Below, piece by piece: positions 18,897-27,423 of a stretch of 49,661 nt of DNA. Within the stretch, counting starts at the first letter, position 1, and the number at the start of each line of letters is the position of its first letter. The translations under genes and the position numbers were made by a program. The stretch comes from a bacterium. GTDB lineage: Bacteria > Patescibacteriota > Minisyncoccia > UBA6257 > Colwellbacteraceae. Below the pieces are notes generated by a model, which had not been told where the DNA came from, did no database searches, and worked only from the letters and a program-made list of their open reading frames with translations. The stretch lies in assembly GCA_021787205.1 (NCBI GenBank), contig JAJYME010000005.1, forward strand, positions 1-49,661, given 5' to 3'.

Positions 18897-20672
18897 TTAG
18901 GCAGAAAAGCCTTCGGATTGGATCTCATAGAGGCTCTTATACAAGCCGCCAAACTCCATCAATTCTTTATGAGTCCCCTGCTCGACGATACCGCCATCCT
19001 TGATAGCAATGATGCGATCCATCTTTTTGATGGTCGAAAGCCTATGGGCGATGATGATAACCGTCTTCCTTTTCATCAGATTCTCCAAGGCTTCCTGGAT
19101 AAGGACCTCGGACTCGGAATCCAGGGCGGAAGTCGCCTCATCCAAAATAAGAATCGGCGCATCTTTCAAGATAGCGCGGGCGATCGCAACCCTTTGCCTT
19201 TCGCCACCAGAGAGCTTGACTCCCCTTTCACCCACCTTTGTATCATAGCCTTCGGTAAAGTTAGCGATGAACTCATGGCAACGAGCCAACTTGGACGCTT
19301 CGATGACCTGCTCGTCAGTCGCCTCCGGCATCCCGTAGCGGATATTGTCCATCAAGCTTCTATGAAAGAGCGATGGATCTTGAGGCACATAAGCGACATT
19401 CTTCCATAAGCTCTCCTGGGTCACCTGGCTGATGTCCTGATTATCAATATCAATCTCGCCGCTTGTGACATCAAACGATCTTAAGAGAAGTTTGACGATG
19501 GTCGACTTCCCGGCGCCAGAGGGGCCGATAAAAGCGACTCTTTCTTTGGGTCTTATTTCAAAGGATAGATTGCTGATGACATCGGCGCCATTCTTGTATT
19601 TGAAACCGACATTCTTAAAAGTGATAGTTCCGTGATCGACGACAAGGTCTTTGGCTTCCTCGGCATCTTTGATTTCATGAGGAGTCAAAAGAATCTCAGT
19701 CATCTCGTTGGCTTCGGCAATGTTCTCATAATAACTCCTGATGACGCGATAAAAGCTCCAAATCCGATGAAAGATCAAGCTGATATAAGATTGAAGCAAG
19801 ACGAAACTGCCGATTGAGAAATTGCCAGCAGCATAAAGCCTGACCGCATAGACCAAAAGCCCGACCTCGAGAACGGTAAACAAGAGAGCTTGGATGCCGT
19901 TAAAAGCGGTACCCAATCCCCAGGAGGTTTTCCTCAATCTTCTGACAGCCTCATTCATTTTGGCGAAGAGACCTGTCTCCCTTTTATAACCGTTGAAGAG
20001 TTTTATGGTCGCATAGTTCGATACCGTATCAGCCAAGACGCCGCTTGTCTCTGACTCCGTCTCAGATAACTCGAGATCGTACTTCAGCTTGAATCTCGAA
20101 AAGGCGATACTGATGAACATATAAAAAACGATCCAGACAAGGATGACGACCGAGATGACGTAGCTCACATCCCAAAGGACGATAACGGCGGAGATGATAG
20201 TGACGATCATCGGGACAACCTCATAAATCAGATTATCCATAATCGCCTCAAACGCCCTCGAGAAACTCCTGACCCTCTTCACTAAAGCGCCGGAAAAATT
20301 GTCAGCAAAGAAACCGGAAGAGTGCTTGTGCAAATAAGCGAAGCACTTGTCCATCAGCTTCGACATTGAAAAAGATTCGAAATGGACGATGGAGAAATCA
20401 GACACTCTCCAGAGCAGCCAGCTTATCCCCTTCAGGACGGCGATGACGACAATGATTCCTAAAGCCGCAGAAACCGAAAAACCGCCCGAGAGCGAATCCA
20501 GGAACTTTTTCATATAAATAGGGGTAATGATATCCAGAATCGAGATAGTCACGATCGAGGCGATCATTAAGAAAAACAAACCCTTAAGCTCCATTGCCTG
20601 TTTCCAAAAAATCGCCAGGGTCTGCTTTGAGTAAGCCTTCCTATTCTTTTTTTCTGCTTTTTTATTCGACAT
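18897..20672 (-). CDS. ABC exporter, fused permease/ATPase (MsbA/Atm1-like)
   Basis: TM domain plus GPSGAGKST, LSGGERQRVAIARA, ILDEATSALD, IAHRLST. Start moved to ATG at 20672. Confidence 0.92.
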   Translation of the reverse strand: MSNKKAEKKNRKAYSKQTLAIFWKQAMELKGLFFLMIASIVTISILDIITPIYMKKFLDSLSGGFSVSAALGIIVVIAVLKGISWLLWRVSDFSIVHFESFSMSKLMDKCFAYLHKHSSGFFADNFSGALVKRVRSFSRAFEAIMDNLIYEVVPMIVTIISAVIVLWDVSYVISVVILVWIVFYMFISIAFSRFKLKYDLELSETESETSGVLADTVSNYATIKLFNGYKRETGLFAKMNEAVRRLRKTSWGLGTAFNGIQALLFTVLEVGLLVYAVRLYAAGNFSIGSFVLLQSYISLIFHRIWSFYRVIRSYYENIAEANEMTEILLTPHEIKDAEEAKDLVVDHGTITFKNVGFKYKNGADVISNLSFEIRPKERVAFIGPSGAGKSTIVKLLLRSFDVTSGEIDIDNQDISQVTQESLWKNVAYVPQDPSLFHRSLMDNIRYGMPEATDEQVIEASKLARCHEFIANFTEGYDTKVGERGVKLSGGERQRVAIARAILKDAPILILDEATSALDSESEVLIQEALENLMKRKTVIIIAHRLSTIKKMDRIIAIKDGGIVEQGTHKELMEFGGLYKSLYEIQSEGFSA

Positions 20673-20745
20673 ATCAAAGAATATGAGTTTATCACACGGG
20701 AGAATAAAAACAACCCCGCAGAAGCGGGATTGCGTATAAAAACAG

Positions 20746-21519
20746 TTATTTAATGCTAAAGACAGCACGGACCGTAAGCATTATTTCCTTATCCTCAGTC
20801 GAGGTATCGTAAGTGCCGTAATCTGAAATATCGACGGAATTAGGAGCCAAAACCTGAGTGACGCCGATTGATGAGCTTCTCAGCGATCCGACTTTGCTAT
20901 TGTCGGAGCCGGCAATCATCTCAGCTCTCTTCCTGGCATCCTTGACCGCCTCTCCGATAAGTTCGATTCTCTTTTCAGAAAGAGGGGTGTAATAATATTC
21001 CGGCGAACCGGGGTTAACAAGGATTCCGGATTCGAATAAGGGCTTGGTGTTATTGGCAACCGCCTTTATCTTGGCTATATCGTTCGATTTGACCTCGACG
21101 CTCTGATTAAAGGTATATCTGTCGGGCCCCTTCGAGCCGGATTTCTCATATTCATAGATCTTACCGGAATTCATAGTTGAGACCGAATATTCGCTCTCAG
21201 AGATTCCGTTATCCTTAAGGAAATCCTTAATGGTATTGAGGTCGGACTCCATCTCCCGAACTCCGGACTTCATATCGTCCTCGGTGACAGTCCTTGAGAA
21301 ATTGATCCTCCATTTAGCCAGATCAGACTTGACCTCGACTTTGGCTGAACCAGTAGTGGTCAGAGTGTTATCAAGAGCTTTTATCTTATAGGCGGTAACG
21401 GAAACGATGGTGAAAGCGATGACAATAAAGACCCCCAGAGCTCCTGCGGCGGCCGCATAAGGATTCTCGCGAATCCCCTTGTTTTCATCAATTATTTTTT
21501 TAACATTTGCCATCATCAT
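20746..21519 (-). CDS. SIMPL (DUF541) domain protein
   Basis: TTTGSAKVEVKSDLAKW, EAVKDARKRAE, DYGTYDTST. Confidence 0.85.
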   Translation of the reverse strand: MMMANVKKIIDENKGIRENPYAAAAGALGVFIVIAFTIVSVTAYKIKALDNTLTTTGSAKVEVKSDLAKWRINFSRTVTEDDMKSGVREMESDLNTIKDFLKDNGISESEYSVSTMNSGKIYEYEKSGSKGPDRYTFNQSVEVKSNDIAKIKAVANNTKPLFESGILVNPGSPEYYYTPLSEKRIELIGEAVKDARKRAEMIAGSDNSKVGSLRSSSIGVTQVLAPNSVDISDYGTYDTSTEDKEIMLTVRAVFSIK

Positions 21520-21555
21520 GGTATTAATTATACTCACTCAAAAAAAATTAACAAA

Positions 21556-21726
21556 TTATTTTGTGTCAAAATGCTCTTTGGTAATGACACCATCAGCACC
21601 GTTAACCATCATGAGCTTATGACACTTGCGACATTTCACCTCTACCTTTCCGGTTATTAACTCACCCTTGAAGAGAAGCTTTCCGCATTCGCAGCGAAAC
21701 TCTTGAAGATTAGATTGGGTTTCCAT
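21556..21726 (-). CDS. Mu Com-like zinc-ribbon protein (56 aa), not in the ORF track
   Basis: METQSNLQEFRCECGKLLFKGELITGKVEVKCRKCHKLMMVNGADGVITKEHFDTK*; RCxCxKLL...EVKCxxC pattern. Confidence 0.85.
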   Translation of the reverse strand: METQSNLQEFRCECGKLLFKGELITGKVEVKCRKCHKLMMVNGADGVITKEHFDTK

Positions 21727-21762
21727 ATTTAGTATAATTTATAACCTTTGTCTTGTTATTTA

Positions 21763-21828
21763 ATTATAGAAAATAAGATGTTAAGCCACGGTAAAAAAAA
21801 TGTTAAGGAATTGTTAAGGAATTGTTAA
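21763..21828 (-). promoter_or_regulatory. Direct-repeat box array 3 with -10
   Basis: Five hexamers at plus-strand 21823, 21812, 21801, 21790, 21779 (exact 11-bp period), 10 nt, TATAAT. Confidence 0.85.
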
Positions 21829-21855
21829 AAAACCCCGCAAAAGCGGGTTTTTTTT
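21829..21855 (-). terminator. Terminator after the kinase/terpene-enzyme operon
   Basis: CCCGC-AAAA-GCGGG hairpin flanked by A and T tracts. Confidence 0.7.
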
Positions 21856-21878
21856 ATTTTCATTTTTGGCGAGAAAAA

Positions 21879-23771
21879 TTATCCACAGGTTTTTGTGAAT
21901 TGGAGATAAGTTTTTCGATCAGCTAAAGTTCTTTCAGTTGCTAACCTTACCGGGGCAATTATTCTCGAAAGAATGACGCTCACATCCCCAAGGTGAGAGA
22001 GGTTTCCAGCCGCGGCCACCGCAGACGCCGAGTACTCCAGGGCCAACTTGCAGACAAGAGGAAGAACATCATTCCAAAAAATCTTATTGATTTCTACTTC
22101 ATCCTTAAGATCGATACCTCTCTTGGCGATAGCGTCCGTCAGAAGAGCGACGACGGGAGAAATCCTCCCCTTGGCTAAATCCTCGAAACAGTCTCTCAAG
22201 TCATCATTCAACTGCCTCGCAATGATATAATTTTTAAAGAAGCCGAGCACCGACGCGATCTCGACCGAGCCGACGGCATATCCAAGTTTCGAGAGGAGAA
22301 TAGTCGGCCCTAGGCTGTGACCCATCGACTTATCAGCGATGATGTCGAGCCGGCTGTATATTTTTCCATACCTCTCCTCCAAGGGACTGTTTTCAATACG
22401 GGCAGCTTCGATCTCCCAAAGGTTTCCGGCGTCCATTTTGTTAAGAATCGAAAGCGACAACCCGAAAAAATCGTCAGAAGATGAAGACTTCAATTCCGAG
22501 ACGACCTTTCTCAAACAATAATTAGCCAGGGGAAGATCGGCCGGATTCCCCTCACCATCCAAGAAACCGTCATAAATCGAATAAGCAATCCAACCACAAA
22601 GACTGACTACTCCTAAAGAAACAAGAAATTCGTCAGAGATCCCCTTCCGACTGTCAGAAGGCAAGCCGGAGGCGAGGAGAGAAGCGACCAGAATGATCTC
22701 CTGTTTTTCCTTCCCGGATGACACCGCTTCAAACCATCTGCTAAACGATTTCCTTAACCCGCCGCAATCGTCAAGATCAGCCTCGATATCCGATTTTACC
22801 TTCGAGAGAATACCGACTAGATAAGAATCATCCCGGGAAACCTCAGCCCCCGAACTTCCAGCGCGATTAATGACCTCGAGCGCCAAGGCTAGCTCAAGGT
22901 CGTAGGAACCGGAATAACTTTTGACACCATTCCTATTGGTCTCGACTACGAAAGGATAAATATTTCCGGACTCGGAATCTAACCAGTTGGCGATCTTTTC
23001 CACGTAGAGCGAGAGGTTGGAGGAATCGACACCACAATTCATCAACCCAAGGACGGAGAATGAGAGATCAAGCGGATTAGCCGCTTTGTCGATATTTTTT
23101 TCAAACCAGATTTTCAAATCCCCGATCTTCTCACCCCGATAGGCCCGGGAAACGAAATAAGCCACAGAAAATTCGGTTTCGTAGTAACGGGAAGAGAAGC
23201 TTCCCATCTCAATTGCCGACTCCATAAAACCGACAAGATTTGGCAGCTCAGCTCCAACTTTTGAAAGGGCGTAGGCGATATTGGCGTTAACCGCCAAGTC
23301 TACATCTTTCCACTTCTCAGCATCCGGGAGGGTGATCCAAGTATAATAAGGACCACCCTCAAAAGCCTCCTCAGAACTAAGGATCATGATGAGATAAGCC
23401 AGAGCCTCACCATCATTTTCGCCATTCAACAAATCCAACGAAGCAAAAGCCATCGAAGTCGAATCCAGGTCGTCCGGATAAGGGACGCTTGCCGCCGCCT
23501 CGGAGTTTCGACGCCAGTAATTGAAACATAAGCGGTCATTTCCCTGGGAGACCAAAAAAGATGTAAGCCGTTCGATAACCGGTTTGATTTCGGGATAAGA
23601 CTTAAGAGATTTGAAGGAATCAAGAATAAAAAAATTGGGAAAGACGGCGGAACTCGGTTTCTTATCGGCAAAATCCGGGTCGAAGGAGGTGAAAACTCGG
23701 AAGCCCTCCCTGATGTCGATCTTGGAAAGACGTGACAATTTAGTTTTTATTATCCGAGAATAATCAATCAT
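21879..23771 (-). CDS. Two-domain isoprenoid enzyme: class II terpene-cyclase-like domain fused to a class I isoprenoid-synthase/ComQ-like prenyltransferase domain
   Basis: N-half: FNYW...YPDDLDSTS, GGPYYTW, DVDLAVNANI, SRYY. C-half: IYDGFLDGE, DKSMGH, RQLNDDLRDCFEDLAKG. The ATG at 23771 overlaps the kinase stop. Confidence 0.72.
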   Translation of the reverse strand: MIDYSRIIKTKLSRLSKIDIREGFRVFTSFDPDFADKKPSSAVFPNFFILDSFKSLKSYPEIKPVIERLTSFLVSQGNDRLCFNYWRRNSEAAASVPYPDDLDSTSMAFASLDLLNGENDGEALAYLIMILSSEEAFEGGPYYTWITLPDAEKWKDVDLAVNANIAYALSKVGAELPNLVGFMESAIEMGSFSSRYYETEFSVAYFVSRAYRGEKIGDLKIWFEKNIDKAANPLDLSFSVLGLMNCGVDSSNLSLYVEKIANWLDSESGNIYPFVVETNRNGVKSYSGSYDLELALALEVINRAGSSGAEVSRDDSYLVGILSKVKSDIEADLDDCGGLRKSFSRWFEAVSSGKEKQEIILVASLLASGLPSDSRKGISDEFLVSLGVVSLCGWIAYSIYDGFLDGEGNPADLPLANYCLRKVVSELKSSSSDDFFGLSLSILNKMDAGNLWEIEAARIENSPLEERYGKIYSRLDIIADKSMGHSLGPTILLSKLGYAVGSVEIASVLGFFKNYIIARQLNDDLRDCFEDLAKGRISPVVALLTDAIAKRGIDLKDEVEINKIFWNDVLPLVCKLALEYSASAVAAAGNLSHLGDVSVILSRIIAPVRLATERTLADRKTYLQFTKTCG

Positions 23772-25170
23772 CTTTTTTTTCAAATAAAGGAATCTGGACA
23801 AGAAAGACCGTCCCTATCTCTTGATCGCTGTCGAAAGCCACGATCCCATTGAAGTCCTCGTAGACCGAACTGCGGACGATGCCTAAGCCGAGACCGACCC
23901 CCTCCTTGCCGGTGGAAAAGAAGTTTTTGAAAATCCTTCTTTTGTTTTCCTCTTTGATGCCGCAACCAAAATCAAAGATTTCAAGGATATAATAACCCCC
24001 CTTCGAAAAGCTCTTGATAACAATTCTCCTATTGTCCTCCCTCTCAACCGTTTCATAAGCGTTGATACCGTTCGAGACAAGATTAGAGACGATATGAGAG
24101 AACTTAACGACTGACCCGCAGATCCTTTTCTCATCCCCGTCCGAGAGAAATTCAAAAACGATATTCCCCTTCTTAGCCTTGTAAGTCATAAAACCGAGAA
24201 CATCCCGTATCTCGTCGTCCGGGTTGAAGACAACCTTTTCCGCCCCCTTCAGTCTTCTCTTGTTTGAGTCCAGAAACTTTTCAAAATCACTCTTGGCTTC
24301 GTGAAACTCCTCCAAATACTCCTTGGCTCTGGTCACCTCTTCGCTTCCGCTCATCTTCTCGTCCATCGTCAACATCAAGACGCCGAGATGATTAGCGAGA
24401 TCGTGGAAGATTCCCGAAGAAAGCTTTCCGAACTCAATAAATCGGGAAGCTTGATTCATCTGATCCCGGTGTTGTTTCTCCAGCTCCTCAGTCCTTTCTT
24501 TAACCTTTATTTCCAAACTGTCCTTTTCGACTCTCAGATCGGACTCGGATTTTTTCAGGCGGCCGAAAGCCTTTTTTATCTCATGGTTGTAAAGATAAGA
24601 GATGATAAAAACAAAGATAATCGAAAAGGAGTAGACAAAGACGTCGACTAACTCGGTCGGCAACATCTTCCAAGATGTCGACGGCACGACGAGCCCTATC
24701 TCCTCGAGATAGAATACGCCGCTGATTGAAAAAAGAGATGAGACCAGCATAAAGACAGTAAACAGGTTATCGGTGAGAATAGAAGCGATGAGGATGGCAA
24801 TGATGTGAAGCAATAAAGCTTGGGGTACCGCGACTCCCCACGAAAGCATCGAGACAACGGCAAAGAACAAATAGAACAAGGACAGGAACTTTGAGGCGAC
24901 AAGTTGGTTTCCAGACATCGCTAAGACCCCCAGGAGGATTAGAAACAGCAAGACATTGACCGCTGTCTGAAGATCAGTGACTTCATTCGACCTGAAAGCA
25001 ACCAGACACATGGCGATCACGGCGACGAGAACCAGCCCGGTAGATAGTCCGAGCAAGATCTTAAGGATCGAGTATTTATGAATATCGTAAGACTCCTCCC
25101 TGTCGAAGTCGAGGATTCGCTTCAAAAGAGAAACAATCCTGTCTTTGAAAAAATCAGCTGTCAATCTCAT
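23764..25170 (-). CDS. Membrane sensor histidine kinase (about 6 TM, HisKA + HATPase_c)
   Basis: GIFHDLAN H-box, NLVSNGINA N-box, DFGCGI, FFST, GVGLGL. Start moved to ATG at 25170 because the longer ORF runs through a terminator and the peptide gene. Confidence 0.92.
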   Translation of the reverse strand: MRLTADFFKDRIVSLLKRILDFDREESYDIHKYSILKILLGLSTGLVLVAVIAMCLVAFRSNEVTDLQTAVNVLLFLILLGVLAMSGNQLVASKFLSLFYLFFAVVSMLSWGVAVPQALLLHIIAILIASILTDNLFTVFMLVSSLFSISGVFYLEEIGLVVPSTSWKMLPTELVDVFVYSFSIIFVFIISYLYNHEIKKAFGRLKKSESDLRVEKDSLEIKVKERTEELEKQHRDQMNQASRFIEFGKLSSGIFHDLANHLGVLMLTMDEKMSGSEEVTRAKEYLEEFHEAKSDFEKFLDSNKRRLKGAEKVVFNPDDEIRDVLGFMTYKAKKGNIVFEFLSDGDEKRICGSVVKFSHIVSNLVSNGINAYETVEREDNRRIVIKSFSKGGYYILEIFDFGCGIKEENKRRIFKNFFSTGKEGVGLGLGIVRSSVYEDFNGIVAFDSDQEIGTVFLVQIPLFEKKDD

Positions 25171-25194
25171 GGATATTATTACGTAATTTAGAAG

Positions 25195-25220
25195 AAAAAG
25201 ACCCGCTCCAAGGAGCGGGT
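25195..25220 (-). terminator. Intrinsic terminator of the small peptide gene
   Basis: Minus strand ACCCGCTCC-TT-GGAGCGGGT-CTTTTT, 8 nt after the peptide stop. Confidence 0.8.
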
Positions 25221-25228
25221 GAAAAAAC

Positions 25229-25342
25229 TTACAGCCAAGGATCACCCAAGACTCCGACAGTCGTCAGGACAAAAGCGCTTGAAAGCAGAGAATTGCGGAG
25301 ATTCTTGTCGGTCAGCATCTTCTGGAGAAGTTCTTTTTTCAT
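25229..25342 (-). CDS. 37-aa peptide, candidate ComX-like pheromone precursor; not in the ORF track
   Basis: MKKELLQKMLTDKNLRNSLLSSAFVLTTVGVLGDPWL*; has its own promoter (TGA-TACAAT), A-rich start context and terminator. The single Trp is penultimate. Confidence 0.75.
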   Translation of the reverse strand: MKKELLQKMLTDKNLRNSLLSSAFVLTTVGVLGDPWL

Positions 25343-25382
25343 TATTTTATTTTTTGATTCCTTCGACCTTTGTTGTAATTCT

Positions 25383-25448
25383 ATTGTATCACGCCGACCC
25401 CCTTAAAAAAGTTAAGGAATTGTTAAGGAATTGTTAAGGAATTGTTAA
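25383..25448 (-). promoter_or_regulatory. Direct-repeat box array 4 with extended -10 (peptide gene promoter)
   Basis: (TTAACAATTCC)x3 TTAACT, 21 nt ending TGA, TACAAT; same register as arrays 1-3. Confidence 0.85.
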
Positions 25449-25473
25449 GACCAAGGATGGGAATAAAAATGAA

Positions 25474-26154
25474 TTAAGCCAACTCCTCCCAGTCGCCATC
25501 AAAACGATACCCCGTCCCCGGAATAGCTTTGATAGCGCCTTCGCAGAACCTTATTTTTTTCCTGAGCAGGGAGATGTAGGTTTCAACCACCCTTGAAAAA
25601 GGATCCATATCGCCATCCCAGAGATGATCCATTATGTCGGCCCGGGACAGGACTTCGCCCTCCTTTTGGGCAAATAGCTTAAGAAGCATATATTCCTTTC
25701 TTGAAAGGTTGACCTCCTTGCCAGCCTCCAGGACCCGGCGGCGGACAAGATCGATTTCCAAAACGCCATATTTAAGCACCGTACTCAGATCATGATTAGA
25801 GCGGCGAAGGACCGCCTTGACTCTCGCCACGACCTCACTCATCGAAAATGGCTTCATGATATAGTCATCGGCGCCCATATCAAGGAAGAAAGTCCTCTCA
25901 GCCGGATCGCCCAAGGCGGAAACGATAATGATTCTCGTCTGGGTATTCTTTTTTCTTATGTTTGAACACACGACGGACCCTTCTTTTTTAGGCAGGACCC
26001 GGTCAAGGAGAATGACGTCATAATTATTGGCTAGGGCAAGGCGCTCTCCGCACTCCCCATCGGCAGCGACATCTACAACGAAGTTCTCAGATTCAAGACC
26101 TGTCTTGAGAAGTCTGGCGATTTTCGCGTCGTCTTCTACAACTAAAACTCTCAT
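25474..26154 (-). CDS. OmpR/PhoB-family response regulator
   Basis: VLVVEDD, ILLDRVLP, GADDYIMKPF; winged helix LSRKEY...VVETYISLLRKKI...GTGYRF. Confidence 0.95.
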   Translation of the reverse strand: MRVLVVEDDAKIARLLKTGLESENFVVDVAADGECGERLALANNYDVILLDRVLPKKEGSVVCSNIRKKNTQTRIIIVSALGDPAERTFFLDMGADDYIMKPFSMSEVVARVKAVLRRSNHDLSTVLKYGVLEIDLVRRRVLEAGKEVNLSRKEYMLLKLFAQKEGEVLSRADIMDHLWDGDMDPFSRVVETYISLLRKKIRFCEGAIKAIPGTGYRFDGDWEELA

Positions 26155-26217
26155 TTTGTTTTTGGTCTTATTGTTATATCCCCATTATAGCAGATGCGGA
26201 TGATTATAAAAAGAATT

Positions 26218-27423
26218 TTAACCAACAAGGGTTGATAAAGCCCGAACCAGCTTATCGATTTCTTCTTTGGAGTTATATAAAGAAAGAGAAACACGGACAG
26301 AGGAAGGAATGCAAAGATATTCATGAGCCAATCCGACGCAGTGCTCACCCACCCTCACGGCGATCTTCTTTTGGTTCAAGAAATAACCGACATCGTGAGC
26401 ATGAAGCCCCTTGATATTGAAAGAGACCAGAGGAATCTTGTCTTTGATCGCCTTCGAACCGTAGATATCGACACCCTTTACCTTTTTGAGAGACGAGAGA
26501 AGATAGGCGAGCAGCTCCTTCTCATACTTCATTATCCCCTTCACGCCTTTTGATTTCAGATATTTCAAGGCGGCGGCGAGAGCGATGGCGCCAGAGACAT
26601 TGGGAGTTCCCCCTTCAAGAATATAGGGAAAGTCCTCGTAGATGACATCTTTCATCCTGACCCTCTTAACCATCTCGCCGCCAAACTTCACGGGAGAGAT
26701 TTGCGAATGCTTCTCCTGTTTGATAGCCAAGACTCCCGTACCCATCGGGGCGTACAGCTTGTGACCGGAGAAAGAAAGAAAATCGACGTTCATTTTTCTG
26801 AAGTTGACCACCTCGTGTTGGACATACTGGGAAGCATCAAAGACGGTAAAGATGTTTTTCTCTTCCGCCAGATCGGTGATTTTCTTAATTTCCGAGGTCG
26901 CAACCTTATTGCCGGTAAAATTGGAAGCTCCGGCAAAGACGATCACTCTGGTCTTACCCGTGACTTCTGACAGAAAATCAGTCGCCATAAAAACCAGATC
27001 CGGATCTTTCGGGAAAACGTACTTTACCTTGATATTTTTTGACTTAGCCAATTCGAGCCACGGTAAAAGGTTGCTGTGGTGCTCCATTCCGGAGACGATA
27101 ATCTCATCGCCAGACTTAAGAAGCGGTCTTAAAATGCCGGCGACGGTATTCAACCCTTCGGTCGAACCGGAGTTGAAAACGACCTCGCTTGGCTTGGCGC
27201 CGATGAAATCAGCAACCGCTTCCCTAGCCGACTCGAACATATCCGTCGCCGCTTCCGCCAAGTCATAAGAACCTCTTTTGATATTGCTGTTATGCTTGAG
27301 ATAAAAACCGCACTCAGCGTCAATGACGGAAAGCGGTTTTTGCGAGGTGGCGGCGGAGTCGAAATAAATCAGGCTTTTATTGTTTTTAAAAAAGGGGAAA
27401 TCTTTTTTATAAATTGAAGGCAT
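26218..27423 (-). CDS. sufS: Cysteine desulfurase, SufS family
   Basis: YFDSAATSQKP, EHHSN, FSGHKLYAP, VRVGEHC. Confidence 0.93.
   Translation of the reverse strand: MPSIYKKDFPFFKNNKSLIYFDSAATSQKPLSVIDAECGFYLKHNSNIKRGSYDLAEAATDMFESAREAVADFIGAKPSEVVFNSGSTEGLNTVAGILRPLLKSGDEIIVSGMEHHSNLLPWLELAKSKNIKVKYVFPKDPDLVFMATDFLSEVTGKTRVIVFAGASNFTGNKVATSEIKKITDLAEEKNIFTVFDASQYVQHEVVNFRKMNVDFLSFSGHKLYAPMGTGVLAIKQEKHSQISPVKFGGEMVKRVRMKDVIYEDFPYILEGGTPNVSGAIALAAALKYLKSKGVKGIMKYEKELLAYLLSSLKKVKGVDIYGSKAIKDKIPLVSFNIKGLHAHDVGYFLNQKKIAVRVGEHCVGLAHEYLCIPSSVRVSLSLYNSKEEIDKLVRALSTLVG

Noticed and set aside
25410-25448. 11-bp tandem repeats as a CRISPR array or simple VNTR
   Set aside because: No spacers and no cas genes; the fixed register to -10 elements at four loci fits transcription-factor boxes better.
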